DNA of 64,000 bases from Lingula anatina (GCA_051362555.1 CM120642.1:10602001-10666000); one strand, 5' to 3'. Positions 1 to 13,695 are shown, counted from the stretch's first letter. A program made the numbers and translations. The notes: generated from the sequence alone by a model not told the origin.

Positions 1-775
1 TATACTAAAAAGGCCATTTTATTGTGCAAATAAGTGAAAAGTATTTTACTTCTCGAAATTTAATGAAATCTTCAGACCTTCACTTGCTTCTGTATTGGAG
101 AATATGACGTCAGAATATGGATGACATCTAGCGGAATAGAGTCAAAAAATGTACTTCAACAGCTCGCATAAAAAGTTGCTACAATAAACTTCGATGAAAC
201 TTAACAATTATATTTCTTATTTTAAAAGCCACATTTTACGGACTTTACTAAGATGCGTTATTTCTAATAAAGGAGAAATCTCAAATTGTTACAGTGTTGC
301 TACGGCTCAAAATTGACCCGTTGAGCGATTTCGTCGAGTTCTAACTCATTCATTTCTGCTTCCTTGCAAGTAAATCGCACACGTCGAGACGCGCAGTGAA
401 CTCTGCTACCACGTCTTAATTTTTGACAAGCACGTATGAGGGCAATTAAGGACAATTCATGAATTTCTGCGATGGTTACGCATTTTACAAAATTTCGACC
501 GCGACGTCATCTCAGCGCACGCGCTCCGTTCTGAATATTTTCCTACGCGCAGCCAGTTGCCATATGACTGTTTCAGACAATCCTTACTACTACAATAGGT
601 CTCATTGATAAATAAAATAAAAACTAGCGGTTTATGTACATGTGATGGCAAATGTGCATCCAAATAAACTATGTTTCATCTTTTGATTTTTTTTTTTTTT
701 TTTTTTTTTTGACTTGCTGAACATGAAAATACTTTAAAAATACAAAGCACAAATAAGATGACTGACATGACTTAC

Positions 776-3700
776 AAACTGTCTAATTTATCTCCAAAAG
801 TGATAAAATTCAGTAATTCTGATTCAAGGGAGGGGAACAGTTCACCCATCATCCGCCTGCAAGAAAAAATAAATGTCTTATTTTCTGTAACATTTTCATT
901 CATTTAAATACAATCAGCAATCACAAGCTCTTGTAAAAATATATATATCAAAATGTGTTTATCGTTTCTAATATACTCTCCCATCCTATAATACTCTGTC
1001 ACTGTCACTGCACTCCAAATGGACATCCATCCATCTATATACAGAATGGTGCATGCCACCATACCAAACAGTTTCAAAACTAAAGATAAATTTCCAAACC
1101 TAACTACAACCAAACCCATGAAAACAACCTACAATTCTGTAAGTTCTGTAACCAATCCAAACAAAGTCCGATACATCAGCCATCACTTTGCCACTTACAC
1201 TTTGATGTAAAAAAAATATAAAGTACCAAATATGATACTAGCCCTTTCACTTTTTGTTCCATTTAACAAGGGTCTGTATTATAGGGTTACAGATAAGATG
1301 TACAAAAAATTAAAGAGAAAAAATCTTCAACTATTTCAGGATTATATCAATTAAAATTCTGGAGTTATGATGCAGGTGTCATATAAGTAAGCAGATAGGC
1401 AATGTCATGTGTAAATACAGCCAGGCAAATTTACACTGCCAAGAGTATTCAAATGTCTTACCTTCAGTGAAATCTGTTAATAGAATGTTGTGTAGAAGTT
1501 AGTAAATATATTTGTTTTATATATGAAAGTATGGGAACCATGTTTGAGGAAATCTCACCTGACTTCTTCATTCAACTGTCTCCTAAACCATAAAAAAGAA
1601 AATATAACATGCAAAAAGATTATAAATACCACATGCGACATTTCATAAAGTAATACTGAAAGGACTATGAGAATTACTCAATTTGATTTCATATTCTTGA
1701 AAATACATATTGAATTTTATAAGGATCAATGAACTTTCTAAAAATAAGTACCATTTTTTATATATAAATATAAACCTGTGTATTTATGCAAATGTGTTTA
1801 TATGAATCAAGAAATTACATATTTATTGGACTATTTCAACTGATGTCTTAACTTAAGAGTACTGCTGTAATATAGTAACGTTAATTTAAAAATATAAAAA
1901 CTGAAAAAATAAACTTCTTGGCTTCTGTCTTTTAGCCGTCACTAATAAAAACATATGCAGAAGATATGTAAGTAAGAAAATTCAACAAAAATCTGTAAAA
2001 AAGTGAAGTGATTTTAAAAACTCTTAAAACTGTAAAAGATGGTGTTAAAATTGTTAGAAAACAACAACAACAATCAGTTACTATAATAACAAGTCATAAA
2101 AGGGTTATGAAAAAGCAAGGATTAGACTGGGAAATTTATGTGTTGAATTTCACAGTCAAAAGTTATATCAAGACAGTTTACAGGCATAAGTATATTAACA
2201 GCATTTAACGGCCTTTGTTACAAAAACATTGCAGATGGAAAGAGGGCATTTTAATTATGATATATGTTCTTCTTGAATTCCAATTTTTCACTTTTTAATA
2301 AAAAACTTCCAAAATAGTTTTAATAAAATAACTGGGGCTGCACAATTGCATTTTTGTGTCTTTGTAAGTGTGAGCAGTACTGCACATGCATTTGTACATA
2401 TGTGTATTAGTGCCTGCATGTTCAAATGTCATGACTCAGTCTTTCCAATGAGGTACACTGAATTTTACAGATGATTTTTGAAGTAAAAAATTTAAATTAG
2501 AACATTTGTACTGACTGGTAATTGAAAAGCAGACTATCCTACAGTTCTATACAGTGAAAGTACCAAAATGTGATACAGAAATACAATCATTAATGATTCC
2601 CAAATAATGTATCTGAAAAACTGATAATATTTGCCCATTCAAAAGATTGGTTCATTACCTGTGCATATATATTTGCAACTTATCTGCATCAACACATGCA
2701 CATACCTATTTTTGATGTTTTTGTATGTACCTGTACATGCACCACACAAGCTTTTACAAGTTTTTCAAGTACAAAACTTCTATTTATATTAATGAAATTT
2801 CAAGCTCACATATATCATTTTCAAAGCCCTGCCTTGTATCATACAATGTCACCTTTAAAACAGCCAAAACAATTCCAACACAGTCATGTTTCCTTCAGTG
2901 CTCATACACTGAATACAGGGTGATTCAAATGCCTGTTGTAGCAGTGAAGTCACCAGCATTGCATTGCAATGGTTTCTGTAGTAGTAATAGCAGTGGCTAG
3001 TAGACACAGTTTTGTTAAATGTCAAAAAGATGCACACAGTACTCTGAGAAGTGCAATACAGAAACGTGGAATTAAAAAAGAATTTGTTTACAACACACAA
3101 ACCTCACTGGAACTTGGTTTTCTGAATAAGGATCCATGCTGCAGCAAAACATGCAGTTTTTAATGCAAAATATTTCCAATGATTTTAAAATGCAGATAAT
3201 GGGCACATTGAACTTAAAATGTACTAAAAGAAGCTGGGTTTAAGCAAATGGAGGGAATACAACAAAGGGTTTAGAGAACAATGAGGCCAAATTTTCATAA
3301 CTGCTGATGTCACTTTTCAAGAGAAATGTAGCACTAGACTTCGTAATATAAAGAATTTCAAAGAAATTTTGTTCAACAAATCATAACTAACTCCCTGCAA
3401 TCTTAGAGATCACCCAAAGAATTCTTATCCACCTTCAAATAAATTTCAACAAAATACCATCACATTTGCCAAATCATGCTGTCAAAATCCAATAACACAA
3501 ATTTAGTAATCACACTTATAATCTTTACAACCTTATCTTTACCATTACACATAAAACATGCCCCAAAAGTTAAATCAAATCAATATGATATAATACACAA
3601 ACCAGCATACCAAACATTAATTGGCTTACATATTACATTTGATGTAAAGACTTACTCTGCCAGACTTTTGGCCTTGTTTTGCGGCCTCATCACCCATATG

Positions 3701-6700
3701 TCGTCATCATCATGCTGGGAACTGTGGGAATGAACGGAGTGAGTGTCTTCGTGCTTTGAAGTTTGGTCTTCCTGCAAACCAAGAAGCAGTTTCCTCTTGA
3801 AACAATTAAGTGTACATAAAGGGTTTCAGATGAAAATAAATATAAGATGTAAATTCAAAATAATATCTGACACTAATGACAGATTGAAAAAAACATTTCA
3901 AATGGTGTTTAAAATTGCACTGGTTTTTGGGGTTAACAGAAAAAATCATATCTGAAAAATAGAAGTTTATAAAAGAGTTACATCACATGGCTGAATTAAG
4001 TAAAAATTAACCACTGTTCATATTGTCCCCTGTTACTAGTTTAGAACATATTTTCTTGAAATCACTTACCAGCATTGACTCCAGATCATCAGAATGAGGA
4101 TCAAGAGTCAGGTGGAAAAACTTGACACAAAAATCTTGCTCAGCTAAACAAAATGGTTCCAGTTCACAAAGTATCTTCTCAAATACCTGAAATTAAAACA
4201 ATTTATCATACCATGCATGTACAATGTATAAAAGAAAAAGCTATGGTCTAATTCACATAATCTAAGTAAAATTTTACAAAGTACATAAGATGTGGCCAAC
4301 TCAGGATTTATGCTGGGAAAGCCACAAAAGTGTTCTCATTTTGATTACTTGGACAGCAAGCTGAAGCTGCTCTAATAGTCAACACTGTTGGGGCCTCTAC
4401 TGAAAGCATCAAACCGGGGTTTGCTTCACAAAGCCATTATTATTAGCTAATGATTATCATGACAATCGCATCATTTGGTAAATTTCCAGTAGCTTTAAAA
4501 AGAAATTTCAGATTATAAATGCCAAAAGAGAATGCATCAGCAAATAAAAGGTAGGCTTCTTGAAAGGCCATGAAAGCACTAACCCTCTACAAGAGTTTCA
4601 TGTGACAGATATTAACAGTGGACTTAACTGACCTGGTCAAACTTTCCTCGTGTGAGGTCCTGAGATGACCCCTTGGAATCAGCAGAGTCCAGGCTCTGAA
4701 GGGACGCAGTTCTTCCTCTTGGGCTGGTTTCCATTGCCCTGTCCAAGCTAGAACCTGAACCCTCAAATCTATGACTTGGAACTGTGAGACCTGGGGATGG
4801 AAATAATCAAACAACAATCACCTTAGTACACTTTTTTTCAAAATTTTCATTTCATAAATTTCATCAGTTAAGTATGTCAACTTACCAATTACCATAAACT
4901 GGCATCATCCACATTTCATCTTGGAAAACACAAAATTAAAGGTACATCTTTTTTTTTCCATTTGCCACAATACCCTAAGATATGGCAATCAATAGTGTTT
5001 ACAGAACATTAGTTTCAAAAATAAAAATAATAAAGGAATAAATAAACCATACTGAGAGCTTAACAACCTACTCACCTCCATGCTTCTTGTCGACAGTTTT
5101 GGCATGTAAAAATCTTTGTTTAGCCAGCTCAAAGAAATCTTTTACTTCCTTGTCATACAATCTGCTGAGATTGTTGGTGTAGACCTGTTCATGAAGATGA
5201 AGTAATGGCCATTACATTGAATAAATATTGTGTTTTATTTCCAAAGACAGGGCATTGATAAAATCATTTCTAAAAAAACTGTACCATCAATACACAAAAA
5301 TGCGAGACAGTATTTTTTTTTAACCATCCCATTTTCAATTATCTGATTTTGTAATTGCAGCAGAACAGACCTTCGCCAAACTGACCTTGCTCTAATTTTT
5401 CACAGATGCCACAAAAAGTTAATCAACAATTCTTATGATCAAGCTTCTTTTTATATGGACCAGAACACCAGAAAAAGGCCAACTTCACCTCAAAACAAAA
5501 ATTGCTATTGGTCATTTTCCAGCTACATATATCAACAGAATAATATTTTCACAATTTTCCAACAATTTTTCTCATTTATGAGACCCAGCCACCATACCTT
5601 GGCCAGCTGCTGAAAACTTTGTGGATCAGCCTCCTTCAGCCACATCATGAGTTCAGCATATGGCGTCAAATCTCGGTGACAGGAATGGTGTGGTGGAAGC
5701 TTCAGATCTGTGGCATGTCTGCTCAATGTCTCACTCATCTCATTACCCTAAATAAATGTTTGAAAAACTAATGCATGGATATGAACTCTGGAATGAATGT
5801 ACAGGAAATATTCTTATATTCTACTAAATATAATGGTAAAATACAACCACTTCTTTGGTAATCATTGATTAAAATCTGTCTAAAACACAAAAAATTATGT
5901 AAAATAAAGTTTTACAAATGGTGTATATGTATTATGTAGTTCTACAGAAGTGTTATGCAAGATATGCAAAATGTGATGGACATAACATGACTTTTTCCAA
6001 TAATTACAGATTTATAATATACTGAAACAATATGTTTTTGATATAAAGATCATCTACTTTATGACAAGAAGGTTACCTGGTGTATAAATAGGTTGTTCAG
6101 GTGATGGGAAAGTCTCTTGGCAAAAGCAACTCTGTATTTTCCAAACCTTTTTTGTTGTTCTTGAACTGCTTGCATCTTCATTAAAGCTAAAAATTAAATA
6201 TTGCGCAAATAATTCAAAAAAATATTGACAATTAAAACTATTGAACTGAAAGTTAACAATAAGAATGTTTATGATTAACAATGTCTGTCAAATCAAGAAC
6301 TTTGATGATATTAATTAAAGATGTCATTTTGGAATATAACAATATGCACTTAGCCCTAGGAGCTGATACATCTGTGAATTGAACCACAATTTATCTAGGC
6401 CAAAATATGAAGAATGTGTTTTGGTAAGAAGCAGTACATTCAAATATTTTGGGACTCTTGACAAAAATTACATTCTAAACTCCCTCTAGCATAGAACAAT
6501 TTATGCAAATATCTAAATTATTTGGGCATTTGATGTTTTATAAACTCTATTTGAAAATATTCAATCTTTCTGTATCAATATAAACATTAATTGGACAAAA
6601 AAAATTATTTGGCTTAAACAAGTATGTCTGTCATGAGCCAGACCAATATGGTGGCCGGTACACATACCAGGATGTATTTCTGCTGCCATGCACTTCTGTA

Positions 6701-9700
6701 GCTCTTCAGCAGCCTCTGTGCTCTCATAAATCCCAGATGGTGTGGACAGATCCCCATCTAGCAGTGCCTTCTCATGCTTGTGGTCCAGGTTCAGCCTTCC
6801 CTGAAAATAATTTATACAGAAGGTCTTAGCTTGGTAAAAAGACCCCTGTAATCCTGCATTTTGACTATATAGGACTAGCACAAAATGGTTTATGAAAAAG
6901 AAAAATATCACATTATTCAATAACCAACTGATGACCAACAGTCTGTTTCATAAAGGCAGCATTTAACAGCTAATTTTCAATAATTAAATTCATTAACTGC
7001 AGCAGATAATTCCATAAGAGATTACATTGGCTGGTCAAGAATTTTATTTGCAAGGATCACTTGTCATAGACAAGTATTTGACAACCAATTTTTTAGACCC
7101 TTACTCACTTCTTTCCAAATAATTTTTGCAAGTACCCCTTACATATGCCTTGTATCAATTGTCCTTTTTCAAACACATTTTCACCATACCTACATCAACA
7201 CAAAATAACCCCAACAGTTCTTATTGACCACTTACAATCAAATTTTCCAGTTCGTCAATCAAAGATTGATGATTCTTGTTCTGGATATGGATCAGAGTGT
7301 CCTTGTCCCTCATGCTTTCCATCTGTTCCTTCACACTCTAAAATACAGGAAATATAATAATAAATAAGGAAAATGTTATCATCAACTGTAACATCTACTA
7401 CAGTGCAAATACAGACATAAAATCTTTGCACCTATATAAAGTATTATCTATCTATATATAATCTGTTGTAAAGCCAATATTAAAATAATGCCAGTCACTG
7501 CCTATGGCACAGATAACTGAGAAGTCCATCAGTTAGTAAGATGTCTAATAGTATCATCTGAAAATAAATTTAAATTTGTTTTTAAAGCGAAATACCAGAA
7601 ATGAGACAAATATTTCTAAAAACTCTGCCTTTAACAAAATAATGTTTAGATATATGTATGCATGACCAGTGCATGTTGATGAAAAACCTACAGCCAACAA
7701 CTCATCATATCTATTGAGCTTGGTCTCCAGTTTGGTTGTTTCCCGGACTCCATCATCCAGTAATTTCATCAACTGAACCACCTGATCTTCTGAACCCATG
7801 ATGGAGTGGATGTTGGCCTGAAAGACGTCATATGGTGACTTGAAGTTTCAATTGACAATCATCTTACTATGATTTGTATTTTTTAGATATGAGTGTGTTT
7901 TAAAGAGGATATCAGAAATGCAGCTAGTTCAAACCCAAATAATACAATAGTCCTAACTGTAGCAAAGGGGTGCAGTGCATCCAGCCTCGAATGACTTTCT
8001 CTTCAATACAGAGTTGGCAAGCTGTTTACAGGGTAACAAATATTTAATTCACATTCAATTGGTCACAGAGGACCCATCAAAAGGATTTGCATAGCATACA
8101 AAAAGGGAAAACTACTCTATACTTGACTTGTAAACTAAATAGTCTATCCACCTAACCATTTTACTTATCTTTAAATTTAAACAAGCATACCAATGACAGA
8201 AAGCATTTCACCCTCACCCCATCTAACACAGACAAATCTTTTGACAGCTGTTCAGCAAAAGCCTCTGCATTGCTTATGGCATGTTCACACTGCTTCATCA
8301 GTGTCTCCAGGTCTTTTTCTTCCTTCTCAGTAATAGCCTGGTAATCCTCATCCACCACAGCGGCTATAGTGTCCTCTACCCCATGGGGACGGACATCTGT
8401 GACACCAAGACTGTCTGAAATAACAATAATAAAGATATAGACAGAAAACTGCTGGCCCCAGATTCTCCAAATTTTGACAGAGCTCACCACTCTTTTTCCT
8501 TAATAATTAATGTTTTATTGCAACTAATAACTGACCAATCTAGATCTTTCAGCCAATTAAGTTTTCAAAAGTTTTAAATTAAACATTTGTAGATCACATT
8601 ATGATTAAAAGTCTTACAGTCTTATCATGTTTTAGGCATAAAAATGCACTATTAAAGATTCTTTAATAATATGATAACAAAGCAAGCAAGGACCCATGTG
8701 CTAATCTACACCTAATGACTAAAGAGATGTGTGTGTGCATGCATGTGAGTGTGCGTGTGTGTGTGTGTGAGTGAGAAAGTGTGTGTTTTGGTACTAACCT
8801 TCCCTTATGTAGTCTGGCACATTGACAAACACAGGTCCACGCTTCAGATACCTCTGACACAGCTGAAACATATCATTTAATGTTTAAAAGTGTCTGAAAT
8901 ACTTTTGGTACAGTCACTCCATGTAGTAAATAATTTTACCTGTAGACAGACAAAATATTACTTTCAAAATGTACTCAAACAGTAAACATTCATAAATTGC
9001 ATCAAACATACTTTCCACAAAGATGACAGGAATGTGTCTCTCTCCCTTGGATGGCTAGCAACCCATTTGTATGTCTTCTCAAACTGAAGATCAAACTCAG
9101 CAGTGTCCTGGAATGGAAACGAAAAGCATTCAAAATGGACAAATAAAAAAAATTCAGCCAGTTCAAATTTTAGGGACCTGAGAAGAGAATGGGTTCCAAC
9201 ACAGAGAATTTTGTTCCTTTTACTAAAAGAAAATTATTCAAAACTTATAACTACATGTCATATGACTATGGTTTTCACCAAACCAGAAATTAACTACTAG
9301 ATATCTTACATTCTTTGCATCTTTTCCATCTACTGTTTTAAGTTCTCTTAGTTCCCATGTCTGTTTTCTTTTATAAGTCTCTCCTTTCTCTGACTTTTTC
9401 AGCTGATAAATCTTCACTTGCACAGGTTTCTCTGTCGTCACTAAAAAAAGAATTGGAATGAATCAAGTTTTGACAATATGAGAATGCATTTCTTATTTAC
9501 TTTTATATACAAATACTTCTATAATATCTTTGAATACTTTGGATTGCCTTCAAAAAAACATTTTATCACTTGAAAAAAAAAACAACCAAAAATTCCAATA
9601 AACATTCTAAGTACTTTGATAGTGATTACTCACCTGCAATGCTTAGAAAGCTAGTTTTCTTTTTCTTTCCAGCTTTGGTCACACTGACCACTCCCAGCAG

Positions 9701-9757
9701 CCTCTCGTCAGTGGGCAGGAACACCTCCCGCTGTAGGATGTGCTTGATGGTGGTCAT
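776..9757 (-). CDS. EXOC1: Exocyst complex component 1 (Sec3); partial, 3' part lies beyond the left window edge
   Basis: Phase-consistent GT-AG exons: 9634-9757, 9310-9440, 9012-9107, 8799-8862, 8218-8414, 7692-7817, 7236-7337, 6668-6800, 6077-6186, 5598-5747, 5076-5184, 4633-4790, 4070-4186, 3656-3771, 1559-1582, 776-856 (~612 aa). The N-terminus [38 protein letters not shown] and the segment [29 protein letters not shown] match animal EXOC1. Confidence 0.95.
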
Positions 9758-9970
9758 CTTCTACACTGGAAAATAACAAATCACAAGTCAAAATGGTTGA
9801 ACAGTGGTGTAACATATTTGATGTAGAAAATTCTAGAACTAGTCCTAACATTCAATGGGAAAGGCAATCATTGAACTATGATAATATCAAACATGTTGCA
9901 TACTCTATCTTAGTGATGAACAAAAAGAAAATTGGATATAATCTGATACATGTATATACCTATTCTAATG

Positions 9971-10137
9971 CAGGCCCGTAGCCAGCAATTTCAAGAGGGG
10001 GGTTCTTTTTCTGAAAAAGTGGAGCTTTTTCCATAAAATATTCATGTACATAGATCAAAATTTACCCAGAATGGACCTTTTCCCAGCAAAAGGGGTGGTT
10101 CTTTCGAACCCCCCGAACCCCCCTGGCTACGGGCCTG
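9971..10137. mobile_element. 167-bp MITE with CAGGCCCGTAGCCAG terminal inverted repeats (copy 1)
   Basis: 15-bp TIRs caggcccgtagccag / ctggctacgggcctg; near-identical copy at 53152-53318. No clear TSD. Confidence 0.85.
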
Positions 10138-10443
10138 TCATGCCCCCTATTTCACTCACAAAAAGAGGGACCACTCAACACCTTACATCACCTATGAAAC
10201 TGCAGAATTTCTGATGCAACACAGAGGGGTGTAAACAGCAACTGAAAATGGCATTTCCTTCTAATATAACAAGAAATAACGGGGGGGGGGGGAATATGAA
10301 TGGGAATTCTACAGTCTACGCATTTTTAATAGGTTCATTCCTGCTCAGCAATAATGAGTTCAAGAAGCAAAACAACATTATGGCACTTTCTATTAATTCT
10401 TGTCCGGTTATACAGCTCCTAAGCAGGAGGTTTTCACAGAATC

Positions 10444-10493
10444 TTTATGTACTACAGAATGTTTATGTACTACAGAATGTTTATGTACTACAG
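10444..10493. repeat. 18-bp tandem repeat (tttatgtactacagaatg), about 3 copies
   Basis: Directly visible; it explains the spurious LYVLQNVYVLQN and LCTTEC ORF repeats. Confidence 0.85.
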
Positions 10494-10648
10494 GCACTGC
10501 AGAAAAAAACAAGTACAGACAATCCGCAGTTATCGAGGCTGGGAATGGTTATTTTCGAGTATTTTACCACTATCTTAATGAACAGCACAACCAAAATGTC
10601 AAACATGACCAAAATAACCCTGCAGAGTGTGTAAGAAAAGACACTTAC

Positions 10649-10790
10649 GGCTAAGCAAACATTTTCTGCGGTGAGACACTCCGAGATTCGCCCCTTTCCT
10701 CCATCAAAGTTGAGAGGGTGCTGGCTCAAGCATGGAGGCATGCCGTGTAAGGGCTTAAGGCAGCCGGCACGTGTCAAGTCAGGCTACAGC
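10649..10790 (-). other. EXOC1: Probable non-coding first (5' UTR) exon of EXOC1
   Basis: Strong donor GTAAG at 10644-10648 (minus), GC-richer sequence, and an acceptor at 9766-9768 just upstream of the ATG. The 5' boundary is approximate. Confidence 0.55.
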
Positions 10791-12115
10791 TAAGATGTCA
10801 TTTCATGCCAAAGAGTTGAATAGCTCAAGACTCCATTTATTGAACAGTTACTTATTTGAGTGTGTTTTATAACACCTTTCAAACGTATTAGATAGTTAAT
10901 TCTATTGAAATTCTTCATTTTAGGAAAATCATACTTCACGACTAAAAGCATCGAACCTACATGTATTTCGCCGGTGTCGCGATCCCAGTGCACCGTCGCA
11001 CTAAAATTGTCGTAACGTTCTGCGGTTGCAGCAGTCACCCAGGTAGATTTTTTTCTTTAGCTACTGTCGAAAAAAATGTACGAAATTTTGTCATTCTTCC
11101 AATGCACAGTGACATCTTTATCTCCTCTTGACCCCCCTCCGTCAACATGTCCGACATTTCTCGAATTTTTTTGTTTATTATTGTTATTGTATGCATCAGA
11201 ATAAAAAAAACTTGAATTTTGGTTGCATCAAATTCTTGGGCTGCGTCGCACCGTGGGTCAAGACTTTTTCATTATTTATTTATTTATCCGTTGGTTTAAT
11301 TTATTTATTGCGTACAGACTAAATTCAAGTAACATAGGGGCTAATTTGTGTCCTTTTCACATTTTCAAAAAATTCTTTGACTCTAATAATTTTCATGGTA
11401 TAAAAAAGCGAAAAAATAATAAACTAATAAAATTGTAAGTATAAAAAGTTTCATTTTGGTTTTTGATATGAAAATTCTTTGTGCAAAAACAAAGGCAAAT
11501 AATTACATTTTATCTTAAGGCTTACTCACTATTCTATAACTATTCTATATCCATACGTTACATATATCACCATTTGTAATGAATTATGGCACGTTTCATT
11601 GTCAGAGAAGTCGCTGTTGACGTGGAAGAGGGGGTCTACTTTTCTACTTCTTCTGACCCCTTTTACAAGTACCTACAGTAGGTTTACCACAGCAATTTTA
11701 CATATGTACCCATCTCTGTACTCAAACTAAAGTCAATATAAACGATTTCAAAATATTGTACTAGTCAGATGGTTGTTTGCTATCTAAATTGACTAAAGAT
11801 TTGTCATTGTCAATACATAACAGATTATGAGAAACGCATAGACGATTCAAGTACCCTTTTTGCGACACCTACGTAAATTCACAGAAACTAGACCCAATTT
11901 TCTTTCAGTGCAGAGCCTTTTTTATTCGAAAGGACGGTGCTTGCAAAACTCAGAATCCCGTTGCCTATGGACCTGCTGCACACCATTGCTATGGAACGAG
12001 TAAATACACGTATATTAAAGAAAGAAAAGATTCGACTGTCAGTACAAAATTGCCACGACTTTATTAGAAAAATACATCACAGGCAGTAGGCCTATATCTA
12101 GTGTCTTATCCAACT

Positions 12116-13468
12116 TCATGTGTCGAGGCACTCATCCCATGAAGAGAATTGCTCCGAGTCGTTCATGACGGTCTCCAATTCCTCTGTTAAACTTAACGTC
12201 GATGCACCAATGCTTCGAGAGCCAGCAATATCTGAATCTAAAGAATCGAGACATTCTAGTAACGTTTCGGTCTCTAAAGTATCTATCAAAGCAAAATACT
12301 CGGGGTTCGAAACATTTTGTGAAACATTGGTATCCATTAAACTGACGTTGCTGTTCACGGAAGGAGAGTTGAGAATAACTACGTCTTGGACCATATGCTT
12401 ATGTTCTACTTTATCTGTCATATGAACCAAGTCGCTATTGGAATAAGTTGCAAGAACGTCTGGCATGCTGCCTATAGAACTGTTATGTGCCGTTTGGTGT
12501 TGTTGATTATTGTGGTATTCTACTTGAACACACGTCTTTATTTTATTTGAGCATTTATTTTTTTGTTTATATTGTCGATGATGTTGGTCAGGGATTTTTA
12601 ATACACGGGGTGAATCGGTGCCACTTTCCCGCGTTTCAGTGTCTTTTCTCCTTTTCTCAAGCGCAGCATTGTAGTCACTAAAACTCCTCACAGACACGAC
12701 TTCCTTCACGACCCCATAAGGAGTTTCTTCTTCTTTCACCTTAAAGGATATTTTGTGTTTGCATTCGCTGGGAAGATCATCAGGCGTTGAGCGGTGCATA
12801 TAGCTTTTCTCATCGGCCCCACCCTTCTGTACAGCTGTAAGTGGTTCATCCTTATCGCTCAAGAGTTGTTTCAGCACCACTTTGTGAAGACCGTAGTATA
12901 GTCCGTCCTCCTTGTGTTCCTGTTCCTTGAGATCGATCCTCAACCATTTGCATGCACGAAGACATAGCGCCACGATGAATGTTAAACAGGCCAAGAAAGT
13001 AAGAACAGTATAAACATGGTATGTATGCTCTGATGTGTGTTTAGTAACCGCTGGGTTCCATAATGTATATATGGTGTCGCTGTGATTAAAGGTGTCCAAT
13101 AAGTTCTTGGGGTGCATGATTATGCTTATCGTGGATGGATTGAGTGATGCTTTGGTAGGTTCCCAGGGTTGCACATTCGGCTTTATTTTGGTGGTCTTCC
13201 AAAATAAGGTTGTTAATTTAGACTGTAAAATTCGCTGTGTTCGTTGGGTGGAGGTTTGAACGCTGAAAGCCATTGTGTTGGTTGATATGTCATTCGGCAG
13301 TTGGCGCTGTGGTTGTTGGGGTAAAGTTTTCACTTGTACAGTTATTGCGGTGGATGTGACGCTAGTCCTTATTTGCCGATGCCGTAGCCGCTGGTCGACA
13401 AGAGATCCAAATGTTGTAACAGTTGTTGATACCAATACGGGTCCTCTGATGTAGTGTTTCCGATTTAC
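12116..13468 (-). CDS. Uncharacterised single-pass membrane protein, large terminal coding exon (Thr-rich ectodomain, one TM helix, long acidic cytoplasmic tail)
   Basis: 450 open codons in AT-rich DNA. Acceptor CAG at 13469-13471 in phase 0, TM segment VYTVLTFLACLTFIVALCL followed by basic RACKWLR, and AATAAA (minus) at 12060-12065 about 50 nt after the stop. Upstream exons were not resolved. Confidence 0.7.
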   Translation of the reverse strand, partial: VNRKHYIRGPVLVSTTVTTFGSLVDQRLRHRQIRTSVTSTAITVQVKTLPQQPQRQLPNDISTNTMAFSVQTSTQRTQRILQSKLTTLFWKTTKIKPNVQPWEPTKASLNPSTISIIMHPKNLLDTFNHSDTIYTLWNPAVTKHTSEHTYHVYTVLTFLACLTFIVALCLRACKWLRIDLKEQEHKEDGLYYGLHKVVLKQLLSDKDEPLTAVQKGGADEKSYMHRSTPDDLPSECKHKISFKVKEEETPYGVVKEVVSVRSFSDYNAALEKRRKDTETRESGTDSPRVLKIPDQHHRQYKQKNKCSNKIKTCVQVEYHNNQQHQTAHNSSIGSMPDVLATYSNSDLVHMTDKVEHKHMVQDVVILNSPSVNSNVSLMDTNVSQNVSNPEYFALIDTLETETLLECLDSLDSDIAGSRSIGASTLSLTEELETVMNDSEQFSSWDECLDT

Positions 13469-13695
13469 CTGGAAAACAAAAATGGAACATACTATAAAGA
13501 CACGTTACAATTGACCAAGGGCATGTTATCAAATTTACAGTATTTAATGAATGGAGTAAAGGTAAAGTAGGTTATCACCTATCACCTATAATGAAAGAAT
13601 TACGAAGACCTAGATGCTTACTCAACAAACAAACGAAGAAGATGGCACTTTCATATTTTTATGCTTTTTATAATAAACCGTGAAAAATGAACCGT

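Noticed and set aside
1-690. CpG-richer segment ending at a poly-T run, possibly a transposon in an EXOC1 intron
   Set aside because: It is cut by the window edge, so no paired termini or TSD can be shown, and it has no coding similarity I recognise.
2659-2683. Additional EXOC1 microexon (cag|25 nt|gtaat)
   Set aside because: Not a multiple of 3, has an immediate stop, and the polypyrimidine tract is weak.
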